Source: Ptychomitrium polyphyllum
Lineage: Eukaryota
Length of the DNA: 64,000 bases
NCBI GenBank assembly: GCA_973851085.1
Contig: OZ316776.1
Location: forward strand, 11,036,001-11,100,000
Direction: 5' to 3'
Program-made: the position numbers and the translations under genes
In this document: one piece after another, positions 11,238-23,446 of the stretch
How the letters are laid out: each line of letters opens with the position of its first letter
Position numbering within the stretch: position 1 is the first letter of the stretch
Notes under the pieces: model-generated
What the model saw: only the letters and a program-made list of their open reading frames with translations
The model's database searches: none
What the model was told of the DNA's origin: nothing

Positions 11238-13569
11238 GAGCACTGCAGTGTGGTTTGGAGAACCAGGGTTGAGTGTCTCGGTAAGGCAAGATGGTCTTCA
11301 TCTCGGGTACTGCGTGCAGAACAGGGCTCCTCCTGATTGTAGCGATTTGTTCCTTCACTTGCGTTGCGGTGGCGAGGGAAGTAGCCGCAGGGGACGAGGT
11401 GATTGGGAGAGCGCAGGATTCTGGTGGTGCGAATGGAGCTGTGGGTGTCGAAGATGGCGGAAGTAGAATAATCGTGGAGGGAGAGGGTGATGACAAGTCT
11501 GCCCACCGTTCCGATCATTCTGAGGTAGGTTTGTGTGTTACCTACGGGGTACTTTGCAGTCCCTTCATTTTCCCACTCTGGCTACAACAAGGCTTTTAGG
11601 CAGAGTGGTTGACGAATTTTCAGTCTCAGTATCTACATCATTTCGCCATTTCATTTTTCTCTTTTGTCTCTTTGGGATCGTGATAGGAATAGGCAAGGTT
11701 GCTAGACATCAGAGTTATTACACAGGATGAAGCTGGCTAAAATCGGACTGTCAGTGCCCACGATCTTCACGCTGAGGGTTGGAGCAACCTCTTAAACCCT
11801 AATTCTGGACATAGTGCTGAAGGTCCGGGTTTTCTGAATCTGATGCACTGTTGATCTCTCTGATCGCTTATCGTGGTCCTTCTTGAAGGAATTGGTGTTG
11901 ACGTCGCATATTTAGATTTAGTAACATAGAGGCTGATTTCGTTCGCTTTCATCTGGGACTTGAGGGGTTATAATCTTTGACCCGAGAATGGAGCTTCAGG
12001 AGCTTTTCGTGCAACAAATTTCGTGGGAGGATGTGTAGCTACGTTTGAAGTTCAGCTTAGTGTGATGGAATGTGACGAACGGTCTAGTGCCGTCCCTGCC
12101 CAGATACTAGTGCAGCTGCCGAGCATAAACATGCCGTGAGGATTGACTCCACTTGATGTACATCTCAGGCTAAAGGAGTAGGTGGGGTGACTTTAGTGGC
12201 GAGGAACTTGTTGAACGTGAAGGTAAAGGCAGAGGCGAGTGGGCCGGGGTCGAAGGGTACAAGGGTAGGCTCTACCGGTAATAGCACGCGCGGTGGGTCT
12301 CCGCCCGCTGCATCGCCACCAGGTAAACCGAGAAGTAGCACTGCTGAGCACTCTGTTCCTGCAAATGTCACGCTTGGTCCTGCGCCTCCCGCTCAGGATG
12401 CAGGCACAGGTGATGAGGCGAAGTCGAGAGCGGCGCACGGAGGAACCTGCACCCGAGAACATGGGCCCGTGATCGCGAGCCTGGCAGCCAGCGGCGGGGA
12501 TGGCGACGACGGTGAGCACGAGGCCTGGCATTGGTTTTTGTTGTGGTTGGGAAGCGTTGCTGGCGGGGACGATGTGGTGGTGGGAGGGGCCCTGGGAGGG
12601 TGAGGCGCGGCGTGTTGACGGGAGTGTTGTTGCAATTGCAGGCGAGCACGAGTACACGTTGACTGTGGAGAACGGCGGTGGCAAGTCACAGCTGGTGGTG
12701 ACCATCAAGACGCCGAAGGGATTGAAGGCGAGCATGAGGACGGCGGACGGATCGAGAGCAGATCCGGTGGATCTGAGACTGAGCAAAGGAAAGAGGGAAA
12801 CGGTGAGTGGGGTAGATCGTGGGTTGGGAGGTGATGTTGGGTATGTCGTGTGACACGGAGAGCGAGGGGGCGAGGAGGAGTACTGAGAAGCACGGACGCG
12901 GAGTGTGTGCAGGTGACCATCACAGTGGTGGACAAGGAAGCGGCCATGCTGGGAGCGAGGATCAACGTGAGTTGGGGCGAAGGGGATTGCTACGTGGAGC
13001 TTCCCGCCGAGAACGTGGGAGAGAGCCTGGCGCAGCCATCATTGTTGTCCGCGTTGACTGCGCAAGGAACGTTTGCGCTGGTCCTGGGAGGCACGTTGGT
13101 GTTCGTTCTGATATTGGGTACGGTCATGCCGGAGGAGATCACGTATGAGGGCATGTAGGTGTGGCATGTGTGGGTAGAGTCGTAGTTGCTTGTGCGTGTA
13201 AACCTGGAGCGAGGTTCTGACGGGCGGTGCGGTTTGTACCGAGCAGGTGTGGTGGGTGTGTGGGGATGCGTGTCATGGCGCGCTCGTGCTCGGCGGCATG
13301 GCGATGCGGAGGCGAAGTACCAGGAGCTGGAAATGACGTTGCCGGCGGCGGTGTCGAAGGAGGACGACGGGATGTCTCCGTCGGCGAACGGGTGGGACCA
13401 AGTGTGGGAGGACGACGACTGGCAAGACACAGAAGCTGTCCGGTCGTCGTCCGCATCGCTGACCCTGTCCGCGAACGGACTGAACTCTCGACGAGCGAAC
13501 AGGGAGGGATGGGATAGCAGTTGGGACGACTGATTTGTGCCCCGCATTGACATGGTTGTACACTGAGCG
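11238..13569 (+). repeat. 2332-bp direct repeat, apparently identical to 19703-22034
   Basis: Constant offset 8465. All ORF-track translations within the tract are identical between copies. First mismatch seen at 13570/22035 (T/C). Confidence 0.95.
11291..13533 (+). CDS. Signal-peptide, single-pass type I membrane protein of the plant DUF7356-like family, copy 1 (about 409 aa)
   Basis: Exons 11291-11524, 12169-12511, 12642-12802, 12913-13117, 13247-13533, all phase-consistent GT-AG. Hydrophobic N-terminus, low-complexity linker, Cys-containing luminal domain, TM segment FALVLGGTLVFVLILGVVGVWGCV, and tail KYQELEMTLP...GWDQVWEDDDW...SANGLNSRRANREGWDSSWDD typical of this family (family name from memory). 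Confidence 0.8.
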
Positions 13570-15526
13570 TGGATGGGGAATGTGGAGCGTAGTCATCTTC
13601 TACCTGTTTTGTTTAGGGTTTACCGCTCTCCTCGTCTTTATAAATTTGGCTATCAGAGAGGGAATTTTGTTCAGAGATTTATTCGGCCGTCCGCTAGTAT
13701 CGTTTGTATTACTACGGACGATCGGCATTGGGAAATCATGAGCTGGAAGCGACTTTGATATCCCTCGATGGACTAAGCTCTGCAACGTGACTTGTTGCTT
13801 GAGAGTTGATAACATGTTACTTGCCATGTAACTTTGCATTCATCTTTGCATAACAATGTTACTTTTCCATGCAACTTTGGGTTTGTATTGGTACCGGTGT
13901 ACCGTTTTTAATAAGCGTGGAGTCCTGCATTTTTGTGAGGCAGATGTCAATGTTTTCGTGAGGTCAAGTGACCATCTTTCTCACGTTATTCTCACGGCGT
14001 TCTCACATCCCTGTATTCTGTGTATCTAGATCGAGCTAGAAACTTTCTCAACGACTTCACAAAAGATGTTACGAATTTTCTATAATCCTTGCCTCTGAAT
14101 TTATTACAGAGTGCAAGAATACATCATTCAGCAGTGAAGTCCTGCATTGTGTAACGGTTAACCCCCCTCAATCCTCGTTGGTTGAGGGAGCCCAAAACAG
14201 GTTGTACTGTACAACAATCATTTTTGTACAGAAATATTAAATATCAAATGGATAGGAACATAATTCTCCAGGTTGGATGTTTTCCCAACTTTTTGAGACT
14301 TACATGATGAAATGTTGTATGCATAACATTCTTCAATGATCTCAACATCCTCGTCCAAATGAAGCATGATGTATGATGTCAAATTGTTATTCATGAACCA
14401 CTTTATTAATGCTAACTTCTACATGCATTAGCTTGTTGCCACATGCAATCTTTGTTGATTATTATTGCTTTTCTACATTTTAAAATAAAGGAAAATTGTG
14501 CTACCTCCTAAAGAATGTTATGTAGATTAGCTTTTCAAACAATTTTATTTTACTCCACCATGTGATATTTCTAATTATTTAATACGTTTCATACTTAAAT
14601 TTTGAATAGTTTAAAATACAACATGTAAAAACCACCTTAACTTTTATTTTTATTAATCCTTAAACGTCCCAAAACTTAAGAATTACTTTCATTTCCATAT
14701 TTTTATTTCTTTTTAACATTTCTATTTTTCTTAATAGATAATATCAAAAAAATCCTAAAAATTCTACAAAATTACTAGACTTTACAATTTTATCACATTA
14801 TTCCAATACTTCAAAATAAATAATATAGTTATTTAAAATTAGTCAAAATGATTTCTTCAACTTTACCAACTCTGAATACTTTGATACAAAAACCAATGAT
14901 TGTGAGGTTTTAAAAACATTTATAGTATATTAAAAAAAATCAAATATTAAAAAAAGTTCAATAATTGATATATAATACAACTATATTGGCTGACTATCTT
15001 ATCATTCATTCTATATAATAGGTTTGTATTCAATGAAATATCAAAGATGCTTTAATTTATTGCATTTGTTTTCAATTGATCATTAAATAATATACATGTG
15101 ATAGAATGAATTTTTTTGCTAATTATTTTTTGTTCCATTTAAAATCACTTGGCTATTTATCTTTAAGGATTTTTATTAAAAAATAAAATACAAGTCATAT
15201 TCTTTTTTCATCACTAGAATTTATAACCTTCAATATATATGGATGATCCAAGTAAAGCCTTAATATTGTCATTATCTCATCATAGTATCATATTGATACC
15301 TTCCAAATTTTTATTAATGAAATTTTTTAAATTTAATTTACTATTATTTAAATTAAAAAGAAAAAAAATTAATCATAATCTACTTCAATCTTTTTAATGG
15401 TATGATACTCAAGCAATAACAATGTGATATCTATATTCTATTTATATGATTATTTTGAAGAATTCATCAAATTATTAGTTTATAACTTATTGAGGTTTTT
15501 TGTCATCTAACAGATTATTCTACTAC

Positions 15527-15950
15527 TATTGGAGACTTATATTAAAAGTTTTTAAAACGACCAAGAAGATCCAAAGAGGTCTATGAATGTTCATAATAGG
15601 TTTAGACAATTCTAAACAGTTGCTAATGAAACTACTTCAATTTTTGAACATTTCAACAAATCAAAGAGTTATCAAAAAAACAACCTAAAGTTGTTTGAAT
15701 ACAAAGCATTGTTGTTTGAATTTGAAGTGTTATATTGGTAGTTTCATGAAAATCTTCCAAGATAGTCTAAATATATAATATATACAAGAATCAAGGCTAA
15801 AAGAATCTTCAATTTTAACTACAATCTTTTTGGATTAAATTAGATTTTATGGCCTTGTTTTTTATTGCAAATCCTTTGTTCTTAGATAAAAAATTCAATT
15901 ATTCCATCATTTTTTTATTATATCTTTGTTTTTTATTTCCATCCATAATA
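15527..15950 (-). mobile_element. Highly decayed solo LTR, family A, inverted relative to 8-429
   Basis: AATATATACAAGAATCAAGGCTAAAAGAATCTTCAATT is approximately the reverse complement of GACTGAAGATTCCTTCAGCCTTGACTTCTATATATATT near 160-198. End CCATCCATAATA matches the reverse complement of the LTR start. No clear TSD. Confidence 0.55.
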
Positions 15951-16331
15951 ATATCAATGATTAAATTAATTATAACTATATAAAAGTTTACCAAGATTAT
16001 TTACTAATTCTATCCATTTCACGCCGAATGTGACTATTTTTATATTGCCATTTGAAGGAAAAATCAATGTGTTGATCATTGCTGAAATCCTAAAGGCTTT
16101 TCTACTATATATGATAAATTTTTCCATTGTAATGGCATTATTTAGCAATAAGAAAAAATCTACAAATATCATGACTTTGAATGTATTTCATTCTTTAAAA
16201 ATGATTTATAAAATATAAATACATTTAAATATATGAGTTATAGTATTACCACCATTTTAGTCACATAGATGGTTTAATAATTTATGGATTTGGATAATGT
16301 ATTTTTAGAAGATTCTTACATTAACATATAT

Positions 16332-18309
16332 TGTTGTGCACCTCTTCTTAAGGAGTGCCCGCAATACTAAAGGCACAAGGAGGATCTCAAAGTGACGTCC
16401 GAGACTTATGGTGCCGATAGAGAACTGACTCAGGTGGGCCTAGCGTGGAAAGAACCTCAAGGGAGAGAAACATCCTTACCCATTAAGACTAAGAGTCACG
16501 AGGAAGAAATGGAAGGCATTAGATGCCTCACGACAGGTTGATTTTAAAATGTCAAGGATAGCTTAAATCGCATACGGGAACTAAAAGATATGGTATTCCA
16601 AAGTTGCGGCTGCCTAAGGGCTGTTTTGGACTGTGGCATCCCTAGACAATGACTATACTAAACTGGGACAGTATAGTGAGGGACTCCTCGGGAGTTCTGA
16701 ACCTTAGGAGAGGCATATCTCCAAGAATACTAAGTCAAATCGAACATTTGAGGAGTCTATCGGCATCTACGCAAAGCATAGACGATGATAAAGTAATTAT
16801 TTGATAGATTTAGACACCGAAAAAGGAAGATATGGCTCCTTGAAGGTCCGCAGGAAGTCCTAGAGGCTTTCAGCGGCTAAGTCCTAAGGGAGATCGGGTG
16901 GTCTTCCAAAGTTTTGGGTGTGTCGAGATTCAACCAGCTACAGAGGGCCAAGAGACCTGCCAAATCTCACAGAGAGTACTATAGGGGAGGGTTGGTCCTC
17001 CTCCCCACTCCCTTAGTACCCCGGTTGGAACTAAAGACGAGTTCCGGTTGGTGGAGCTAGTGTTGGGGCTTCACCACAGAGACTCCCATACCATTGTGAA
17101 CTCGTGGATGACTGGTTTCACAAAAAGAACTATTGAGATAAAAAGAGGACGCTTGTTACCATTAAGTTGGGGTGGTATCTTCATGTTGGCACCATGATGG
17201 TCCGGGGTGATCTTAGGATCACATGGAGATCATATGTGGTGATGAGGAGACACTGCTAAGTGCCAATAAGGCCATGTGGAATGGAAGTAACACCAAGTTT
17301 GGCCTTGGACATGAATGGAAGTCCGCACCTAACTATTGGCTACCAATCAATTGAGTGTTGTAAGAGAAATGGTAGAGGGAATTGGAAACCAAGCTTGGGA
17401 TTTGGAGAGTGAAAATGGACGTTAACCATGTGCATGTAGGGGTCTACATGGTTGACGCGCGTGACATTTGTTAAAGTAAATAACAAAGGTTACGATAAAA
17501 GGACTCCCCAAGAGTCTTGAACCTTGGGAGAGGCATATTTTCCAAAATAGTAATTCAAATTGGACGTTTAAGGAGTTTATCGACATTTGCGCAAAAAGTA
17601 GATGATGATAGAGTGGTTGCTTGATAGATTTAAAGACCGGACCTGGAAGATATGGCTCCTTGAAAGTCCGTAGAAAGTTCTGAAGGCTTCCAGCGACTAA
17701 GTCCTAAGGAGGATCTAGTGGTCTTCTAAAATTTTGGATGTGTCGGGGTTGAGCCAATTACAGAGGGCCTGCTGAATCCCACAGAGAGTACTATAGGGGA
17801 GGCCTTGTCCCTCTCTCCACTCCCATAGTGTTCTGGTAGGAACCAAAGGTGAGTCTTGGTGAGTGGACCTAGTGTTGGGGCTTCACCACGAAGGACTTCC
17901 ACACCATTATAAGCCAATAGGTGGCCGATTTCACGAAAGGAACTAGTGAGTTCTAAATTGTGTGTAAGTTGTAACTATATTGAGGTGGTGTCTTCATGCC
18001 GGCACTATGGTAGCCCGAGGTGAGTTGGGATCATATAAGAATTATAACTGGTGGTGAAGAAACACCACTAAGTGTGGTTAGGCCGTGTGGAATGGGAGTA
18101 ACATCAAGTGAGACCTTGAACATGAATGGAAGTCTGCACCTAACCATTGGCTATCAACCAACTGAGTGTCCTAAAAGAAATGAGTAGGAATAATTGGAAA
18201 TCAAGCCTTGATCTTGGAAAGCAAAATTGGAGGTTAAGCATGTGCATGTGGGGATGTACAGGGTTGGCTTGCGTGACGTTTATTAAGGTGCATTATAAAG
18301 GTTGCGGCA
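16332..18309 (+). mobile_element. Old remnant of the Gypsy family at 52325-60077: one full degenerate LTR (16332-17497) joined to a 5'-truncated LTR (17498-18309)
   Basis: 16332 TGTTGTGCACCTCTTCTTAAGGAGTGCCCGCAATACTAAAGGCACAA is the reverse complement of the intact LTR end at about 53420-53469. Both units end in GGTT(A/G)CG-like termini. Outer near-TSD TATAT/TAAAT. Confidence 0.85.
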
Positions 18310-19161
18310 TAAATTATATTTAAGACATTATAATACCATATTTTAATATACTAGAATCTTGTTAGCAAAGATTTATTTAGACTTTCACATAGCTTGTAAA
18401 ATTATAGACACAATCTGTTAAATATTAGTTATTGTCATACCTATTATTTTGATAATTTGAGTTTTGATTATTAATGCTTAAAATGATTTAAGTCATAAAA
18501 AAATAATATTTATATTGGCCAATTAAGATATTTTTGACTATATGATGTGACAAGTTAGAATATACTCACCAATATAATCATCTTGTTTATGCAATTACCA
18601 AATTTTTTCTTATGAATCATGGAATAATCTAAGATTTATCAAAAACCTATACAAATACTACCACAATAATCATTTTTTGTAATTGGTTGTTTTTTAATTT
18701 TGAAATAAATTATGATTCATCAATTTTGGAATATTTAACAACTACTATTGTCCAATTTAATGCTTTGTTATTTAACAATTTGTTAAAATTAGTCAAGTTG
18801 AACTCCTTCATTCATTTTCCCTTAATTATTTTCCTAAAACTTCAATACAAATCATTTATTTATGGTCTTTCTAGAATTTAACTTCTAAACTCCATACTAT
18901 CCAGAAAGTCTAAAAGCTTCTTTGTGTTCTCATTTCATGTTGAATAAAATTCATCCAAATGCCCTCTCAAAAATCAGAAACTTCTCTTCCATGTGGTGGA
19001 TACTCTCAGTGTAGCTAGGAAATTTTGTAGAGAGCTCCCAATGCAATGCAATACTATCACAAAGACTAAAGCTTAGTTTGTTAAATTAAATGTTAATTGA
19101 ATGACCATTTTGTAGCAGCATTCTATGTTCAGAGTTCAAATGCCTAAAAGACACTGCTTTG

Positions 19162-19270
19162 CATAATGATGCTGACGATAACCACGATGATGCACATAAT
19201 GTTGCCCATGGTAATGCTCATGGTGATGCCCGCGATTATGCTCATGGTGATGCCCGCGATTATGCTCACG
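19162..19270. repeat. 12-bp-period minisatellite with a perfect 24-bp higher-order duplication
   Basis: Units such as GGTAATGCTCAT GGTGATGCCCGC GATTATGCTCAT GGTGATGCCCGC GATTATGCTCAC. Confidence 0.8.
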
Positions 19271-19755
19271 AGCTATTCCAGCATGAAGGAAACCTACGTG
19301 ATATAGTATTCAGGAGGACACTGCCGCCGACTAACGAGGACAGGGACAGCAATGAGCTGGCCAAGCAGGAAGGCGACCCCAAATCCGACGGTACCGCACT
19401 AAGCCGTGGTCGAAGCCGACCGGCTCTGTCGGTCGAACCGGGAGCGCTGGCGGGGACTCATCTGTTTCCTGCAGAGCGGACAGCGGGCGTCGCTTGGCAC
19501 CCCCAGACTGTGATATCCCCTGTGCCGGGCTTTCTCACCAGGGTGGTACTGCAGTACGTTCGAATGAGAATCACAGATGAAGTTATGAGTACATGAACTG
19601 CGACACAACACCGGTTGAATTGCAGCTTTCGTGGGATCCGTGGCTGTTCCGCTTCCATTTCCTCATTTCTACACAGTATGAGGGCGACTGTGAGATTTTG
19701 ACGAGCACTGCAGTGTGGTTTGGAGAACCAGGGTTGAGTGTCTCGGTAAGGCAAG

Positions 19756-21998
19756 ATGGTCTTCATCTCGGGTACTGCGTGCAGAACAGGGCTCCTCCTG
19801 ATTGTAGCGATTTGTTCCTTCACTTGCGTTGCGGTGGCGAGGGAAGTAGCCGCAGGGGACGAGGTGATTGGGAGAGCGCAGGATTCTGGTGGTGCGAATG
19901 GAGCTGTGGGTGTCGAAGATGGCGGAAGTAGAATAATCGTGGAGGGAGAGGGTGATGACAAGTCTGCCCACCGTTCCGATCATTCTGAGGTAGGTTTGTG
20001 TGTTACCTACGGGGTACTTTGCAGTCCCTTCATTTTCCCACTCTGGCTACAACAAGGCTTTTAGGCAGAGTGGTTGACGAATTTTCAGTCTCAGTATCTA
20101 CATCATTTCGCCATTTCATTTTTCTCTTTTGTCTCTTTGGGATCGTGATAGGAATAGGCAAGGTTGCTAGACATCAGAGTTATTACACAGGATGAAGCTG
20201 GCTAAAATCGGACTGTCAGTGCCCACGATCTTCACGCTGAGGGTTGGAGCAACCTCTTAAACCCTAATTCTGGACATAGTGCTGAAGGTCCGGGTTTTCT
20301 GAATCTGATGCACTGTTGATCTCTCTGATCGCTTATCGTGGTCCTTCTTGAAGGAATTGGTGTTGACGTCGCATATTTAGATTTAGTAACATAGAGGCTG
20401 ATTTCGTTCGCTTTCATCTGGGACTTGAGGGGTTATAATCTTTGACCCGAGAATGGAGCTTCAGGAGCTTTTCGTGCAACAAATTTCGTGGGAGGATGTG
20501 TAGCTACGTTTGAAGTTCAGCTTAGTGTGATGGAATGTGACGAACGGTCTAGTGCCGTCCCTGCCCAGATACTAGTGCAGCTGCCGAGCATAAACATGCC
20601 GTGAGGATTGACTCCACTTGATGTACATCTCAGGCTAAAGGAGTAGGTGGGGTGACTTTAGTGGCGAGGAACTTGTTGAACGTGAAGGTAAAGGCAGAGG
20701 CGAGTGGGCCGGGGTCGAAGGGTACAAGGGTAGGCTCTACCGGTAATAGCACGCGCGGTGGGTCTCCGCCCGCTGCATCGCCACCAGGTAAACCGAGAAG
20801 TAGCACTGCTGAGCACTCTGTTCCTGCAAATGTCACGCTTGGTCCTGCGCCTCCCGCTCAGGATGCAGGCACAGGTGATGAGGCGAAGTCGAGAGCGGCG
20901 CACGGAGGAACCTGCACCCGAGAACATGGGCCCGTGATCGCGAGCCTGGCAGCCAGCGGCGGGGATGGCGACGACGGTGAGCACGAGGCCTGGCATTGGT
21001 TTTTGTTGTGGTTGGGAAGCGTTGCTGGCGGGGACGATGTGGTGGTGGGAGGGGCCCTGGGAGGGTGAGGCGCGGCGTGTTGACGGGAGTGTTGTTGCAA
21101 TTGCAGGCGAGCACGAGTACACGTTGACTGTGGAGAACGGCGGTGGCAAGTCACAGCTGGTGGTGACCATCAAGACGCCGAAGGGATTGAAGGCGAGCAT
21201 GAGGACGGCGGACGGATCGAGAGCAGATCCGGTGGATCTGAGACTGAGCAAAGGAAAGAGGGAAACGGTGAGTGGGGTAGATCGTGGGTTGGGAGGTGAT
21301 GTTGGGTATGTCGTGTGACACGGAGAGCGAGGGGGCGAGGAGGAGTACTGAGAAGCACGGACGCGGAGTGTGTGCAGGTGACCATCACAGTGGTGGACAA
21401 GGAAGCGGCCATGCTGGGAGCGAGGATCAACGTGAGTTGGGGCGAAGGGGATTGCTACGTGGAGCTTCCCGCCGAGAACGTGGGAGAGAGCCTGGCGCAG
21501 CCATCATTGTTGTCCGCGTTGACTGCGCAAGGAACGTTTGCGCTGGTCCTGGGAGGCACGTTGGTGTTCGTTCTGATATTGGGTACGGTCATGCCGGAGG
21601 AGATCACGTATGAGGGCATGTAGGTGTGGCATGTGTGGGTAGAGTCGTAGTTGCTTGTGCGTGTAAACCTGGAGCGAGGTTCTGACGGGCGGTGCGGTTT
21701 GTACCGAGCAGGTGTGGTGGGTGTGTGGGGATGCGTGTCATGGCGCGCTCGTGCTCGGCGGCATGGCGATGCGGAGGCGAAGTACCAGGAGCTGGAAATG
21801 ACGTTGCCGGCGGCGGTGTCGAAGGAGGACGACGGGATGTCTCCGTCGGCGAACGGGTGGGACCAAGTGTGGGAGGACGACGACTGGCAAGACACAGAAG
21901 CTGTCCGGTCGTCGTCCGCATCGCTGACCCTGTCCGCGAACGGACTGAACTCTCGACGAGCGAACAGGGAGGGATGGGATAGCAGTTGGGACGACTGA
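19756..21998 (+). CDS. Single-pass membrane protein, DUF7356-like, copy 2 (identical coding sequence to copy 1)
   Basis: Exons 19756-19989, 20634-20976, 21107-21267, 21378-21582, 21712-21998 (copy 1 + 8465). Confidence 0.8.
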
Positions 21999-23446
21999 TT
22001 TGTGCCCCGCATTGACATGGTTGTACACTGAGCGCGGATGGGGAACAGGATGATCTGGACTACTGTTCAAATTCTGATTTTTAGTAGTCAGTGCGATGTT
22101 GCGTAGTCAGACGTCCTCTTTTGCTGATAATCCGGCTGTCCAAGAGGGATTTTTGTTCACCTGTTGTCCTTGCTTCTGCCGGGTTGTATTGATTACAGTA
22201 GTATAGAGATCTGTTATTGAGAGAAAGCATTAGCTGGAAGGGACTGTGGTGTGCCTTGAGGGATCAAGGTCTGCAGGATTACTCTTTGAAGGAGAGTTGA
22301 CAATGTTACCTGTCGTGCAACCTGAGTTATAGGGGTGTTTAAGTCGGTTGTATCGTTTCCGAGTAGCGTGTTGAGTTTAAAACTTGCACCTTTTGAGGCA
22401 GATGTGAACCTATTTTTGAGAATTAAGAATAAATTTAGGGGTTATGTGATCTTCTTTGGAAATGGGCGTGCTGTACTGTGAGCGGATTTTCATTTGTTCT
22501 CGTCCCAGGGAACTGATTACAGGATGTTGTGTTTGGACTTTGCTTGGTCTTGTTTCTCACAATTTTTGTGGGGGTTACAAAAGTCCATCATTCTGGTGCG
22601 TTATACAATCGGATCTTTTGGTGATCTGTATGACAACTAACCTACTGATAAGAAACGGCCAGATGCATAGATTCTTGTTTCGCGTGGAGAAAAGTTGTCA
22701 GAGTCATGTCTTCAGTATTATACTTGTGTAGATGAGAATTAGGCGGCCACCTTTGCTGATGGGGTGACAAGACATGTCATTTGACGACGACAGGGAGAGT
22801 GATGACAAAGCCTGTATGTGCTTCTGACTAGAGTATGCCAAGTACGTATGGTTTCAGAGTATTTTGCAGCATTTCTGCAGTATTTCAAGTGTCTGCTTCT
22901 ACAGCTTGTTGTGTAGATACAAGCGTTTGGGAATCCAAAGGTGATTTGCTGAAGAGGCATTAGCATTTGGGGGCTGCAGGGAGAGCGCAGCAGCCATACT
23001 GGTTCAATCCCATAATCCTCAGATGTGGAGCTCCGCCTCTTCGACTTGGAACTCAAACAGGCCAGCTGCAGTTGCTGCTTCACGTCCACCCTGCGATTGC
23101 AGTTTTGAATTCACCGTCTGGCGTCATGAAAGGGGCCTTCAGCGCCAGTGTCACCCAGGTCCACTCCTTGCAACATTTTATGTTACTGAGTGGATCGTGC
23201 GTTACAGATTCCACTCTTACAGGGGAACTTTGTTTTGAATTCGGGCTTAACTGGCCATGGCCATGGTCTATTACCTCAGTGCATCTGAATTCGGACTGAA
23301 TCATGCTGCCATTGGTAATAGCATTAAATTCTTCAATTGGGGTATTTGACAAGGTAAGGTACACTAGATTTATTTTTAGTGTTCACGCTTTAGAACTCGA
23401 CTTTTTAACTTTCAACTTACAGTGACCAGAGATATGAGAGCTGCTA

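Noticed and set aside
12165..13596. Many overlapping 70-200 aa ORFs on both strands (and duplicates at 20630-22070)
   Set aside because: Expected by-product of GC-rich, stop-poor sequence; explained by the spliced + strand gene.
22739..23364. Several 70-116 aa ORFs upstream of the PCD-like gene
   Set aside because: No recognisable motifs; more likely 5'UTR/promoter (donor AAG|GTAAGG near 23353, acceptor near 23422, in-frame stop before the ATG).
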